A DNA stretch of 61,563 bases from an uncultured Candidatus Saccharibacteria bacterium (GCA_964364265.1 CAYILA010000006.1:1-61563), one strand, 5' to 3'. Positions 34,678 through 47,641 are shown, numbered from the stretch's first letter. Numbers and translations are program-made. The notes: a model not told the origin generated them from the letters alone.

Positions 34678-34705
34678 ATTATACGCCACAAATTGCATTT
34701 GTCAA
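34678..34705 (-). promoter_or_regulatory. consensus sigma70 promoter (minus strand)
   Basis: Minus strand reads TTGACA(34705-34700)-N16-TATAAT(34683-34678). A ~120-nt leader follows, containing the 9-bp hairpin ctggatgaa/ttcatccag. Confidence 0.6.
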
Positions 34706-34858
34706 TGAATTAATAATCGGCAAATTATCGGCTTGAAGAATAGCTTCCGAGCTGATACAATGTAAGGGTTAGGAAGACTAATCTTCCTGTTTTTCTTTTG
34801 ATGTATTGACTAACAAAATGCGAAACGGCTAAATTGGATAAGTGAAATAAATAGGTGA

Positions 34859-36952
<2,094 letters not shown>

Positions 36953-36960
36953 TTTTAGGA

Positions 36961-39900
36961 ATGATGATGGAAGAGAACGAAGACAAAAATCCGCCAGCCG
37001 GCGGAGAAGAGGATAAAGAAGAAGTGATGCCGCAACCGATTTATGACGAAGAGACCGAAAGGGAAAATTCGGATGGTTTTGTCGTGCAAGAAGATGAAAA
37101 AGATGATAAAGAAACGGAGGAATCAGGCGAAGCGGAGATATTCGAAGAAATCCATGATCCCAATATCGGAACCTTAAAACCGCGCGATTTGGTAACGGAG
37201 ATGGAAACCTCATATCTTGATTACGCAATGAGCGTAATTGTTTCGCGGGCTTTGCCGGATGTTCGGGACGGCTTGAAACCGGTCCACCGCCGCGTCGTTT
37301 ATGCCATGCATGATACCGGTCTTAAACACAGCGCTCACTATCGAAAATCAGCCAAAGTTGTCGGCGAGGTTATCGGCAACTACCACCCGCACGGCGATAT
37401 TGCGGTTTACGATACATTGGTTAGAATGGCACAGGATTTTTCGATGCGCTACCAATTAGTCGACGGCCAGGGAAACTTCGGTTCGATGGACGGCGACTCG
37501 GCGGCGGCGATGCGATACACCGAATGCCGAATGACTTCGATTGCCGAAGAGATGGTGGCTGATATTGAAAAGGACACTGTTGATTGGCAGGAAAACTACG
37601 ATGGCTCAACCAAGGAACCGAAAGTCCTGCCGGCCAGAGTGCCGCAGTTGCTATTAAATGGCGCTATGGGTATTGCCGTCGGTATGGCCACAAATATTCC
37701 ACCGCACAATCTAAAAGAATTGTGTGACGGTATCATACATTTAATTGAAAATCCCGATGCGACTATCGACGAGATGATGAAGTTTGTCAAAGGTCCCGAT
37801 TTTCCGACCGGCGCCAATATTTATAATAACGAAGACATCAAAATCGCTTACGCCACCGGCAAGGGAAAAATTATGATGCGGGCAAAAGCCGATATTGAGG
37901 AAACGAAACGGGGTTTTAGAATCATCATCACTGAAATTCCTTATCAGGTGAACAAGGCCTCTTTGATTGAAAAAACGGCCGAATTGGTTAAGACCAAAAA
38001 GATAGACGGCATCTCCGATATCCGCGATGAATCCGACCGCCATGGCATTCGGGTGGTGATTGAACTTCGCGGTAACTCTTACCCGAAAAAAGTTCTAAAC
38101 CGTCTGTACGAATTAACCCAGATGCAGACCGCTTTTCATGTCAATATGCTGGCCTTGACCCCCGATCTTGAGCCTCGGATCATGACTTTGATCGATGTCT
38201 GCAAATACTATATTGTCCACCGCCAAGAGGTGATTGAACGCCGCACCAAATATGATCTGAAAAAGGCCGAAGAGCGGGCTCACATATTGGAAGGTTTGAA
38301 AATCGCTCTTGATAATATTGACGAAGTAATTGCCATCATTAAAAAATCTGAAAGCCGGGATTCGGCCCAAAAGAATTTAATGAGCAAATTCAGTTTATCG
38401 GTAGCCCAATCGAACGCCATCTTGGATATGCGATTATCCCAATTAGCGGCTCTGGAGCGAAAGAAAATTGAAGACGAATATGACGAAGTTCTAAAAATGA
38501 TCGCCTACCTAAAAGATCTATTGGACCACCCTGAAAAAATACTGGATCTTATTAAAGACGACCTCAAAGATGTCTCAAAGAAATACGGCGATCCGCGCCG
38601 GACCGAGATTATCCCGCACGCTCTCGGCGAGTTCCGGGCTGAGGATTTAATTCCCGATGAGCAGGTAATCGTGGCTGTTTCTCGCGGGAACTATATCAAG
38701 CGTCAGGATATCGGCACTTACCGCAAACAAACCAGAGGCGGGGTTGGAATTACCGGCATGACAACTAAGGAGGAAGATATTGTCGACCACTTGGTTTGCG
38801 CCAACACCCACGACGATGTATATTTCTTTACCGACCGCGGTCGCGTTTTCAAGAGTAAAGTTTATGAAATCCCCTCTACCTCCCGATTATCCAAAGGTAC
38901 CCCGGTTGTCAATGTGATTTTGCTCGGACAATCCGAAAAAGTAACCGCCATGCTGATGGTTCCAAAAGACCAAGGCGGCTCGGGTTACTTTGTGATGGGA
39001 ACAGACGGTGGCCAGATTAAGAAAACCGAAATCAAACAATACGAAAATATCCGTAAAACTGGCATCATCGCGATGGGACTTAAAAATAACGACCAATTAA
39101 AATGGGTCAAAATCTCAAGCGGTAGCGATGTTGTTATTGAAGTTACAGAGGAAGGACAGGCGATCTGTTATCACGAAAACGATGTCCGGCCGATGGGGCG
39201 AAGCGCGTCGGGGGTAACCGGAATGCGCCTCAAGGGCAACGACAAAGTGATGGTCATGGATATCATCTCGGAGAAATATTTTAAAGAAAAAGCGGCCGAT
39301 ATGGCCGATATGCTGGTTGTCCTTCAAAATGGGTTCGGCAAACGAACAAAAGTCAATATGTTCCACATCCAAAAAAGGGGCGGTTACGGAATGCGGGCGG
39401 CCAGTTGTACCACTCGAACCGGCCATATTATCGGAATGCATATAACTTATTCCGAAGACCCCGATGTGGTAATTGCCTCCCAAAAAGGCCAATTTATACG
39501 ACTGGAACTTTCTAAAATCAAAAGATTAGGCCGTGACACCCAGGGGGTTACTTTGATGAGATTGCGCCAGGGAGACAAGGTCTCTTCCGTCGCTCTGATA
39601 CGAAAGAATGACAACGACATAACTGAAAACGGAGAGAGTAATTTGCCTCCAATATCGAGTAACGGTGAAAATCCGGAAGAAAAAGAGAGGGTCAAAGAGG
39701 GGGACGCAGTCGAGGACAAAGAATCGGAAGCGGAGCAGCAAAGTTTAAAAGTAATAGGCGCAGATAAGAATGGCGATGATTCTTACGCTGTGCCGGAATT
39801 TACAATCCATACGTACACAAAAAATAGTAATAAGGAAAAAGAGATGGAAGACGAAGGTGGTTTTAAACACAAGAAAATTAATTTATCCGATACAAAATTA

Positions 39901-40140
39901 AACGGGCACTCGCTTTTGAAAAAGCCGGATAATTTGCCTGCGGCAAAAATTGAAGATGAGCTGATGATCTCTCCAAATGACGAGCCGATACTAAAAAGTG
40001 ATTTAAATGTTAAACCCTACAGCGACAAAGTAATTGTTTCTAAAGAAGAGAAAGCGGATCAATCTGTCGATAAGAACGGACGAAAAAATTCGCCGATCCA
40101 AAAGGATAAAGTCAATTACTGGGGAAAAAAAGTAATCTAA
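36961..40140 (+). CDS. gyrA: DNA gyrase subunit A (with ~65-aa acidic N-terminal and ~190-aa C-terminal extensions)
   Basis: ORF track: [40 protein letters not shown], then beta-pinwheel repeats and a low-complexity tail. Confidence 0.95.
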   Translation: MMMEENEDKNPPAGGEEDKEEVMPQPIYDEETERENSDGFVVQEDEKDDKETEESGEAEIFEEIHDPNIGTLKPRDLVTEMETSYLDYAMSVIVSRALPDVRDGLKPVHRRVVYAMHDTGLKHSAHYRKSAKVVGEVIGNYHPHGDIAVYDTLVRMAQDFSMRYQLVDGQGNFGSMDGDSAAAMRYTECRMTSIAEEMVADIEKDTVDWQENYDGSTKEPKVLPARVPQLLLNGAMGIAVGMATNIPPHNLKELCDGIIHLIENPDATIDEMMKFVKGPDFPTGANIYNNEDIKIAYATGKGKIMMRAKADIEETKRGFRIIITEIPYQVNKASLIEKTAELVKTKKIDGISDIRDESDRHGIRVVIELRGNSYPKKVLNRLYELTQMQTAFHVNMLALTPDLEPRIMTLIDVCKYYIVHRQEVIERRTKYDLKKAEERAHILEGLKIALDNIDEVIAIIKKSESRDSAQKNLMSKFSLSVAQSNAILDMRLSQLAALERKKIEDEYDEVLKMIAYLKDLLDHPEKILDLIKDDLKDVSKKYGDPRRTEIIPHALGEFRAEDLIPDEQVIVAVSRGNYIKRQDIGTYRKQTRGGVGITGMTTKEEDIVDHLVCANTHDDVYFFTDRGRVFKSKVYEIPSTSRLSKGTPVVNVILLGQSEKVTAMLMVPKDQGGSGYFVMGTDGGQIKKTEIKQYENIRKTGIIAMGLKNNDQLKWVKISSGSDVVIEVTEEGQAICYHENDVRPMGRSASGVTGMRLKGNDKVMVMDIISEKYFKEKAADMADMLVVLQNGFGKRTKVNMFHIQKRGGYGMRAASCTTRTGHIIGMHITYSEDPDVVIASQKGQFIRLELSKIKRLGRDTQGVTLMRLRQGDKVSSVALIRKNDNDITENGESNLPPISSNGENPEEKERVKEGDAVEDKESEAEQQSLKVIGADKNGDDSYAVPEFTIHTYTKNSNKEKEMEDEGGFKHKKINLSDTKLNGHSLLKKPDNLPAAKIEDELMISPNDEPILKSDLNVKPYSDKVIVSKEEKADQSVDKNGRKNSPIQKDKVNYWGKKVI
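36990..37005. repeat. palindrome variant TCCGCCAGCCGGCGGA (PPAGG) in the GyrA N-terminal extension
   Basis: Read directly. One base differs from the 16-mer at 4135-4150. Confidence 0.85.
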
Positions 40141-40208
40141 TAGCCGTGAACTTAAGAGCTTAGGTTTGCTATTTTTGGCGAATTATTGTATCATAATCCT
40201 TGTTAAAT

Positions 40209-42095
40209 ATGGCAAGATTTCAAAAACGAAAATTGAGTAAGAAAGAGGAAAAGGCGGCTTCAAAAGAGCAGCCGGTTTTTGTTCCTAAGGGTTCGGATAC
40301 CGAAACTTTGACTCAAGAAAAAGAAAAAAGAGATCTAATTATTCCGGAAGTTATAACAGTCAAAGATTTTTCAGACCGGGCCGACCTGCCGGTTACGGAG
40401 GTTATTTCGGTTTTAATCAAGAATGGTGTTTTGGCAACCATCAATGAAACAATTGATTTTGATACTGCTTCAATTATTGGTGACGACCTTGGGTTAAATA
40501 TTATTTTAGAAAAAGAGGAAGCCAAGGAAGCGATTAAAAAAGAAGAGGTGACCGGCAACAAAAAAGATATGGTCACCCGCGCTCCGGTCGTTACTATTAT
40601 GGGCCATGTCGATCATGGTAAAACCTCGCTTTTGGATAAAATACGGGAAACCAATGTAGCCGGCGGGGAGTCAGGTGGTATTACCCAGCATATTTCGGCT
40701 TATCAGGTTGTCTTGGATCAAACCAAGCATAAAGAACTAAAGGGCCGCAAAATTACCTTTATTGATACTCCGGGTCACGCCGCATTTTCGGCTATGCGTC
40801 AACACGGCACTGCCATCACCGATATTGTGGTTTTGATTGTGGCGGCCAACGATGGCGTAATGCCCCAAACTGCCGAAGTAATCGAACATGCCAAGGAAAA
40901 CCATGTTCCGGTAATTGTTGCTATCAATAAAATCGATCTGCCAGATGCCGATATTATGAAAGTAAAGCAACAGCTATCAGAATATGAACTGATTCCGGAG
41001 GACTGGGGAGGAAAAACAGTAATAGTTCCGGTTTCGGCGAAAACCGGAGAGGGGATTTCCGATCTTCTTGAAATGGTCCTTCTTCAGGCCGATATGATGG
41101 AGTTAAAAGCGAACCCGAAAGAGGAAGCGATCGGTGTGGTAATCGAATCGCGTTTTATGAAGGGATTGGGTCCGATTGCCATGGTCTTAATAGATAACGG
41201 TACTTTGAAGATGGGTGATTTCGTGGCGATCGGTTCGGCTTACGGGCGGATTAGAATTATGGAAGATTTTTCCGGAAAGAGGATAGGGGAAGCCGGCCCC
41301 TCCGTTCCGGTTAGGATCGCCGGACTTAGATCGCTTCCGAGTTTTGGCGACCGATTGGTTGCCTTTGCATCTGAAAAAGAAGCCAAGGAGTCATCGCTTA
41401 AATCAGACAATCGAGTCAAATCTACCCTTCATATCGCCACCGCCAAACGGTTGGAAAATAACAGCAATGAAGCGAAAATAATCGAATTCAACATTATCGC
41501 CAAAAGCGATGTCGTCGGTTCCCTGCAGGCGCTCAAGAAATTATTGTCCGAAATTATTCATCCGGAACTTTCAATCAAGATCGTTTCAGAGGGCGTCGGT
41601 CCGATTTCGGAATCGGATGTAACTTTGGCGGAGGCCACTAAATCGATTATCTATGGATTCAGGGTGCCGGTTTTGATGGCGGCTAAAAAGATTGCTGAAA
41701 AAGAGGGGATTATCATTAAAAATTACGATGTCATATATAAACTGATTGATGATGTTAAGGCCGAGGCCTCAAAACTCCTTCCGCCCGAAATTATTGAGGA
41801 TGAGCTTGGAAAGTTAAATGTTCTGGCAATTTTCCGTGACGATAGAAAAGGTTTCGTGGCCGGCGGAAGATTGGAAACCGGCGAATTAAAGATCGGCAAT
41901 GAAGTCAAAGTTTTGCAAGATAACAACGACAAATATCATGACAAGATTATTTCCTTGCGCCAAGGAAAAAACGAGGTCAAGGAGTGCTCGTCCGGCGTCG
42001 AATGCGGAATCGGCTTAAATTCCGGTGCCAAGGTGGCAGTCGGCGACACGATTATCGCCTACAAAACAACCCAAAAAGAACGAACTATTGAATAA
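40209..42095 (+). CDS. infB: translation initiation factor IF-2
   Basis: ORF track 40200.. (TTG), with ATG at 40209. Motifs: GHVDHGKTSLLD, DTPGH, NKID. Confidence 0.95.
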   Translation: MARFQKRKLSKKEEKAASKEQPVFVPKGSDTETLTQEKEKRDLIIPEVITVKDFSDRADLPVTEVISVLIKNGVLATINETIDFDTASIIGDDLGLNIILEKEEAKEAIKKEEVTGNKKDMVTRAPVVTIMGHVDHGKTSLLDKIRETNVAGGESGGITQHISAYQVVLDQTKHKELKGRKITFIDTPGHAAFSAMRQHGTAITDIVVLIVAANDGVMPQTAEVIEHAKENHVPVIVAINKIDLPDADIMKVKQQLSEYELIPEDWGGKTVIVPVSAKTGEGISDLLEMVLLQADMMELKANPKEEAIGVVIESRFMKGLGPIAMVLIDNGTLKMGDFVAIGSAYGRIRIMEDFSGKRIGEAGPSVPVRIAGLRSLPSFGDRLVAFASEKEAKESSLKSDNRVKSTLHIATAKRLENNSNEAKIIEFNIIAKSDVVGSLQALKKLLSEIIHPELSIKIVSEGVGPISESDVTLAEATKSIIYGFRVPVLMAAKKIAEKEGIIIKNYDVIYKLIDDVKAEASKLLPPEIIEDELGKLNVLAIFRDDRKGFVAGGRLETGELKIGNEVKVLQDNNDKYHDKIISLRQGKNEVKECSSGVECGIGLNSGAKVAVGDTIIAYKTTQKERTIE

Positions 42096-42204
42096 TTATT
42101 TGCTCCTCTTCCGTATAAAGTGTTGAGTTCATTTTTTCGAACCAATTCGGTATATTGCCGGGTCAAGGAGAGTGTTTGACAAAGCGAGGTTGAATGCGGT
42201 ATTT

Positions 42205-42231
42205 TATACCAGTACCCAAGGTACCGGTATA
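42205..42231. promoter_or_regulatory. candidate CsoR operator overlapping the csoR promoter
   Basis: Palindrome TATACCAGTACC-caa-GGTACCGGTATA (one mismatch), just downstream of TTGACA (42176-42181). Confidence 0.5.
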
Positions 42232-42250
42232 AAATAGAGGAAAGATTACA

Positions 42251-42520
42251 ATGAATGATAATAAAAAAACCTTGATAAATTTCAAAAAGGCGCAGAGCCA
42301 TATTGAAAAGATTCAACAAATGATTGAAGAAGGAGAGTATTGCATCAATATTATGCAGCAAAATCTGGCCGTGATCGGGCTTTTGAAATCCGCCCACCAG
42401 ATGTTGATGGAGAGCCATCTGAATTCTTGTTTTGCCAACGCCATGAAATCAAATAATGAAAAACGGAAGCAAGATATGGTTTCCGAGATTTTAAAAGTCT
42501 CAAAACTCGCCAATAAATGA
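42251..42520 (+). CDS. csoR: CsoR/RcnR-family metal-sensing transcriptional repressor
   Basis: ORF track. Helical bundle pattern with the conserved Cys/His positions (EGEYCINIMQQ...ESHLNSC). Confidence 0.8.
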   Translation: MNDNKKTLINFKKAQSHIEKIQQMIEEGEYCINIMQQNLAVIGLLKSAHQMLMESHLNSCFANAMKSNNEKRKQDMVSEILKVSKLANK

Positions 42521-42542
42521 TCTAGAACGAGGGGAAATTACG

Positions 42543-44273
42543 ATGAATAAAATAATTCTTCCAATAAAAGGAATGCATTGCCGTTCTTGCGAAGAGTTGG
42601 TTGCGGAAAAACTGAAAGAGATTCCCGAAATCAAAAATGTCCAAGTCAGCTTTAATAAGAAACAAGCATTAATTTACTCCAGAACTCCCTTATCCGATGC
42701 CGTTTTAGCCCAAGCGGTTCGGGAAGCGGGCTATGATGTCGGCAGCGATAACAAACCCTACATCAGTTCAAACTGGGCCGATTATCGCGATTTAATCATT
42801 GCTTTGATTTTATTGCTCACTATTTATTTTATTGCAAGAAAGTTTGGACTTTTCAGAATCAATGTCGGCGGTTCCGGCAACCCTTCTGGCTTGTTGGTCG
42901 TATTGGTTGTCGGTTTGACGGCCGGAATCTCTACCTGTATGGCCATAGTCGGCGGTCTGGTTTTAGGTCTTGCGGCCAGACATTCAGAGAAACATCCCGA
43001 GGCGACACCCCTGCAAAAATTTCGACCTCACTTGTATTTCAATCTTGGCCGTATTTCCTCCTATTTCCTCCTCGGCGGCTTGATCGGTTTAATCGGTTCG
43101 GCTTTTCAGTTCTCCGGAACGACTCTTGGTTTGCTCACAATCATTGTCGGAATGGTTATGATGACCTTAGGCCTTCAATTAACCGAAATATTTCCCCGGC
43201 TCTCCAGCGGCGGCTTGACTTTACCCGCAAGTATCGGCCGAATGCTGGGCATAAAAAAGCATCATGAGAAAGAATACAGTCACAATAATTCCGTTCTGGT
43301 CGGGGCGCTAACATTTTTTTTACCTTGCGGTTTTACTCAAGCGATGCAACTCTATGCTATGAGCACGGGAAAGTTTTGGGACGGCGCTTTAATTATGGGC
43401 ACGTTTGCCCTCGGGACCGCGCCCGGTTTGCTGGGCATCGGTGGCCTGACATCGGTTATCAAAGGAGTGTTTGCTAAGCGTTTTTTCAAATTCGCCGGCC
43501 TTCTGGTTATTTTTTTGGCGTTTTTCAATATTTCAAACGGGTTTAATTTGACCGGTTGGAAACTGCCCTCTGGCAGCGCCGGATCGGCAAGCCCCGACCT
43601 GTCGGCAGTCGAAGCCGGCTATCAGATTGTAAAGATGACCCAGTCAGCATCCGGGTACTCCCCGAATAATTTTAGCGTCGTGATAGACACTCCGGTCAAA
43701 TGGATAATTAACTCAACCGACAGCCGGTCCTGCGCCAGCAGTATTATTTCTTCCGATTTAGGTGTCCGAAAAGCCTTGAAAAGCGGTGAAAACATTATTG
43801 AGTTTACCCCGACCAAATTCGGGGAGATGAGATTTTCCTGCTCAATGGGAATGTATCGAGGCACATTTAAGGTTATTGGAAAAAGCGGAACAAGCGAAAG
43901 CGAAACAAGGGAAAAAATAGCCGAAAATCCCGCTCCGGCCAATTCATACAATAATCCCTCTCCTTCTCCCGCCGGCGGAACCGATATCCAAGTTATCAAG
44001 ACCACTTTTTATGAGGCATCTTATCCTGATAAAACCGACATAAAGCCAAACGATTTCACGGTGAAAGCCGGCCAACCGGTTCGTTTTGAGATTAGCGCCG
44101 AAGCCGACGGCACCGGTTGTATGAGCACTATTATGATTCCGGGTTTAGTCAATGATCCGGAGCTTTTGGAAAAAGGGAAGAAAATCACCTTTAACTTCAC
44201 TCCAACTAAGAGGGGTAGTTACGATATTACCTGCGCTATGGGTGTGCCTCGCGGAATATTAAAGGTGATATAA
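42543..44273 (+). CDS. HMA domain - TauE/SafE-like membrane domain - two cupredoxin-like domains fusion protein
   Basis: ORF track. N-terminal GMHCRSC. About 6-8 TM helices. Two C-terminal repeats ending FSCSMGMYRGTFKV and ITCAMGVPRGILKV. Confidence 0.6.
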   Translation: MNKIILPIKGMHCRSCEELVAEKLKEIPEIKNVQVSFNKKQALIYSRTPLSDAVLAQAVREAGYDVGSDNKPYISSNWADYRDLIIALILLLTIYFIARKFGLFRINVGGSGNPSGLLVVLVVGLTAGISTCMAIVGGLVLGLAARHSEKHPEATPLQKFRPHLYFNLGRISSYFLLGGLIGLIGSAFQFSGTTLGLLTIIVGMVMMTLGLQLTEIFPRLSSGGLTLPASIGRMLGIKKHHEKEYSHNNSVLVGALTFFLPCGFTQAMQLYAMSTGKFWDGALIMGTFALGTAPGLLGIGGLTSVIKGVFAKRFFKFAGLLVIFLAFFNISNGFNLTGWKLPSGSAGSASPDLSAVEAGYQIVKMTQSASGYSPNNFSVVIDTPVKWIINSTDSRSCASSIISSDLGVRKALKSGENIIEFTPTKFGEMRFSCSMGMYRGTFKVIGKSGTSESETREKIAENPAPANSYNNPSPSPAGGTDIQVIKTTFYEASYPDKTDIKPNDFTVKAGQPVRFEISAEADGTGCMSTIMIPGLVNDPELLEKGKKITFNFTPTKRGSYDITCAMGVPRGILKVI

Positions 44274-44316
44274 ATAACTCCAGTGGACCAATCCGGGTAT
44301 TGACAAGGGATAATAT

Positions 44317-44339
44317 TACCTATACCCTAGGTACAGGTA
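44317..44339. promoter_or_regulatory. second candidate CsoR operator (upstream of copZ-copA)
   Basis: Imperfect palindrome TACCTATACCCTAGGTACAGGTA following TTGACA (44300-44305). Shares the TACC...GGTA arms with 42205-42231. Confidence 0.45.
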
Positions 44340-44354
44340 ATAAAAAGGAGCGGT

Positions 44355-44558
44355 ATGAACAGTATCTTCCATCTCAAAGGTTTATCCTGCCAATCTTGCG
44401 CTAAACTGGCGACGATGAAAATAGAAAAAGTCCCGGGCGTTAAGGGGGTGAGAGTTGATTTGGAAAGCGGTCGGACCGAAATTGACTCCGATCGAGAGAT
44501 CGAAGCGAAGGAAATAGAGTCCGCTTTAAACGGAACCGATTACCAGGTAGTTCTATGA
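44355..44558 (+). CDS. copZ: copper chaperone (HMA domain)
   Basis: ORF track. GLSCQSC metal-binding motif. 67 aa. Confidence 0.8.
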   Translation: MNSIFHLKGLSCQSCAKLATMKIEKVPGVKGVRVDLESGRTEIDSDREIEAKEIESALNGTDYQVVL

Positions 44559-44565
44559 GGACAAA

Positions 44566-46917
44566 ATGAAAAAAGTTAAGTTAATAATCACCGGTATGCA
44601 TTGCTCCTCCTGCGCCGGAATCATTGAGCAGTCTCTGAAAAAAATTCCCGGTGTTGACTCTGCCAATGTCAATTTTGCCGCCGAGAAAGCGATTGTTGAT
44701 ATCAATGAAAAGCAGACAAAAGTTCCTGACCTCATTGGAGCGATTGAGAAAGCCGGTTACAAGGCGGAGGAAATAAACCAAGAAGATGCCGAATATGAGA
44801 CGGCGAAAAGGGAGCGGGAAATTAACTCCCTCTGGAGAAAATTCCGTTTCAGTTTTATCTTAAGTTTTCCGATGCTCTACTTTATGTTGCTTGATTTTTT
44901 CAAGTGGCTACCCGGCGCCGGTTCGTTCCCGCCATATTTCGGTATTGTTTCATTGGTTTTGGCCACTCCGGTTCAATTTATTGCCGGCGCCGGTTTTTAC
45001 AAAGGACTCTGGTCGGCTTTGCGGATGAAGACTTTTAATATGGATAGTTTAATCGCTATCGGGACAACCACGGCCTATGTATATAGTTTAATAAACTTCA
45101 TACTTTATATGACAAAGAACGGAACCTTCATCGGTTTGGAAGGGATGAAAATTCCGGAACTTTATTTCGAAACGGCCGCTTTTCTGATTACTTTTGTTGT
45201 TTTGGGTAAATGGCTGGAAGCGAGAGCGAAGGGCAGAACAAGCGAAGCAATCAAAAAATTAATGGGTCTGCAGGCCAAAACTGCTCGGGTAATCCGCGGG
45301 GGAAAAACAGTGGATATCCCGATTGATGAAGTGGTAAGCGGCGATATCATTTTGGTGCGCCCGGGCGAGAAAATTCCGGTCGACGGGAAAATCATCAAGG
45401 GATCATCAGCTGTTGACGAATCGATGATTACGGGTGAATCTTTGCCGGTCGAGAAAAATGTCGGCGATGCGGTTGTCGGCGCCACTATCAATAAAACCGG
45501 ATCTTTCGAGTTTGAGGCGACTCGTGTCGGCAGTGAGACGACACTGGCCCAAATTATCCGCTTGATTGAGGAAGCGCAGGGCTCAAAAGCGCCGATCCAG
45601 GCCTTTGCCGATCGGATCTCGGCCTATTTTGTTCCGATTGTTATTGCCGTCGCTATTCTTTCGTTTATTATTTGGTATTTGGCCTTGGGCGCCACTCTCT
45701 CATTCGCCCTGATGGCCTTTACCGCCGTTATCGTAATTGCTTGTCCCTGCGCCTTGGGCTTGGCGACGCCGACCGCCATTATGGTCGGCACCGGCAAGGG
45801 GGCGGAACATGGAATTTTAATCAAAGGCGGCGAGCCGCTCGAAAAGGCCTGCAAAGTAAATACGATGATTTTTGACAAAACCGGAACATTGACCAACGGC
45901 AAACCGGTTGTGACCGACCTGATTCCAATTTCTGATAAAAAATCCAATTTTTCGATTCTGCAAATAGCCGCCTCATTGGAAAAGCAGTCGGAACACTCGC
46001 TGGCGGAAGCGATTGTAAATAAGGCGGAAGAAGAAAATATCAATCTAAATGAAGTTACCGGATTTAGAGCAGTCCCCGGCCACGGCGTTGAGGGGGAAAT
46101 TGGCAAAACAGTATATTATCTCGGCAACAGAAAACTTATTACAGAGATCGTTAAATTGGATTTGGGCAAGATGGATCAAAAACTGGAACGACTGGAAAAA
46201 CAAGGCAAAACCGCCATGATTTTAGCGACAAAGGAAAAAATCCTCGGCATCATCGCGGTGGCCGATACGGTCAAAGAAACTTCAAAAGAGGCCGTCGGGC
46301 GTCTTTTGAAGATGGGCATAGAAGTATATATGATTACCGGCGACAACCAACGGACGGCAAAGGCGATCGCCGAGGAAGTCGGCATTACCAATGTTTTAGC
46401 CGAGGTTTTGCCGGAGGATAAAGCGAACGAAGTTAAAAAATTACAAAATTCCGGCAAGATCGTAGCAATGGTCGGAGACGGTATCAATGATGCGCCGGCG
46501 CTGGCCCAAGCCGACCTTGGTATCGCGATGGGTTCCGGCACCGATGTGGCGATGGAAACGGGCGGCATTGTCATAATCAAAAATGATTTAAACGATGTCG
46601 TAACCGCCATTAATTTATCCAAAGAGACATTTGCCAAGATCAAGCAAAATATGTTTTTTGCTCTGTTTTATAATATTATCGGTATTCCAATTGCCGCGCG
46701 CATTTTTATAGGATTAGGATTGGTTCTAAAGCCGGAGCTTGCCGGGCTGGCGATGGCCTTAAGCTCGATTTCAGTCGTTTCCAATTCTCTGCTATTGCGA
46801 AAATTCCATCCCAAAAAGCGAAACTATTTATCAATCATAGCGCCGGTTATTATGGTAATAATCTTTTCCTTAATATTTTTTGAATTCGCTCGTGTCAGTT
46901 CGGGAATGGCGAAGTAG
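44566..46917 (+). CDS. copA: copper-translocating P1B-type ATPase
   Basis: ORF track: [29 protein letters not shown]. Confidence 0.95.
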   Translation: MKKVKLIITGMHCSSCAGIIEQSLKKIPGVDSANVNFAAEKAIVDINEKQTKVPDLIGAIEKAGYKAEEINQEDAEYETAKREREINSLWRKFRFSFILSFPMLYFMLLDFFKWLPGAGSFPPYFGIVSLVLATPVQFIAGAGFYKGLWSALRMKTFNMDSLIAIGTTTAYVYSLINFILYMTKNGTFIGLEGMKIPELYFETAAFLITFVVLGKWLEARAKGRTSEAIKKLMGLQAKTARVIRGGKTVDIPIDEVVSGDIILVRPGEKIPVDGKIIKGSSAVDESMITGESLPVEKNVGDAVVGATINKTGSFEFEATRVGSETTLAQIIRLIEEAQGSKAPIQAFADRISAYFVPIVIAVAILSFIIWYLALGATLSFALMAFTAVIVIACPCALGLATPTAIMVGTGKGAEHGILIKGGEPLEKACKVNTMIFDKTGTLTNGKPVVTDLIPISDKKSNFSILQIAASLEKQSEHSLAEAIVNKAEEENINLNEVTGFRAVPGHGVEGEIGKTVYYLGNRKLITEIVKLDLGKMDQKLERLEKQGKTAMILATKEKILGIIAVADTVKETSKEAVGRLLKMGIEVYMITGDNQRTAKAIAEEVGITNVLAEVLPEDKANEVKKLQNSGKIVAMVGDGINDAPALAQADLGIAMGSGTDVAMETGGIVIIKNDLNDVVTAINLSKETFAKIKQNMFFALFYNIIGIPIAARIFIGLGLVLKPELAGLAMALSSISVVSNSLLLRKFHPKKRNYLSIIAPVIMVIIFSLIFFEFARVSSGMAK

Positions 46918-46923
46918 GGCAAT

Positions 46924-47595
46924 ATGAGAAATTTAATTATTATTATTTCAACAATCATTCTATTTATTTTGATCGGTTTTTGGGTCTATGGTTCTAAAAA
47001 CAAGACGGAATCAAAAACAACAGCAAGCACAACCGGTTCTGCCTCGAACGATATTAAGATAACGATCAGCGAAACGGATCATATCAAGGGCGACTCTAAT
47101 GCGACCCTGACTCTGGTTGAGTATTCCGATTTTCAGTGTCCTTACTGCGTCAGTTTTCAGACGGTGATGGAGAGGATAGTGAATGAATATTCCGGCAAAG
47201 TTCGCTGGGTCTATCGTTATTTTCCTCTTCCCTCTCACCCTGCGGCCAAGGACGCCGCCATCGCCGCCGAGGCGGCCGGTCGACAGGGAAAATTTTGGGA
47301 GTTCAGCCAGAAAATCATCGAAAAATCACAGCCTGACGGAACAGGATTAAAGAGCGCTGATTTATCAAAATATGCCGAAGAGTCGGGGCTTGATATGGCG
47401 AAATTCAAAGACGATATTATCGATCGGGGCACGGTTGCCAGAGTTGAATCTGATATTGCCTCCGGGAATGAATTAGGTGTCAGAGGCACTCCGGCGACAT
47501 ATCTGATCGATAAAAACGGTAAAATCGAGCCGCTCTCCGGAGCGTTATCTTTCAAAGAATTAAAAGCCAAAGTTGAGGCGGCCTTGGCAAAATAG
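46924..47595 (+). CDS. DsbA-like thiol:disulfide oxidoreductase (membrane-anchored)
   Basis: ORF track. TM helix. EYSDFQCPYC active-site motif. Confidence 0.8.
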   Translation: MRNLIIIISTIILFILIGFWVYGSKNKTESKTTASTTGSASNDIKITISETDHIKGDSNATLTLVEYSDFQCPYCVSFQTVMERIVNEYSGKVRWVYRYFPLPSHPAAKDAAIAAEAAGRQGKFWEFSQKIIEKSQPDGTGLKSADLSKYAEESGLDMAKFKDDIIDRGTVARVESDIASGNELGVRGTPATYLIDKNGKIEPLSGALSFKELKAKVEAALAK

Positions 47596-47641
47596 CCGTG
47601 TGTTAAAACCATTACCCCTCGGCGATGACAGCGGGAGAGCG

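Noticed and set aside
897-34705. Integrase, transposase, tRNA targets or terminal direct repeats could define the GC-rich islands as classical genomic islands, IS elements or prophage remnants.
   Set aside because: I could find none by eye at any of the four boundaries. The islands are reported only as compositional anomalies.
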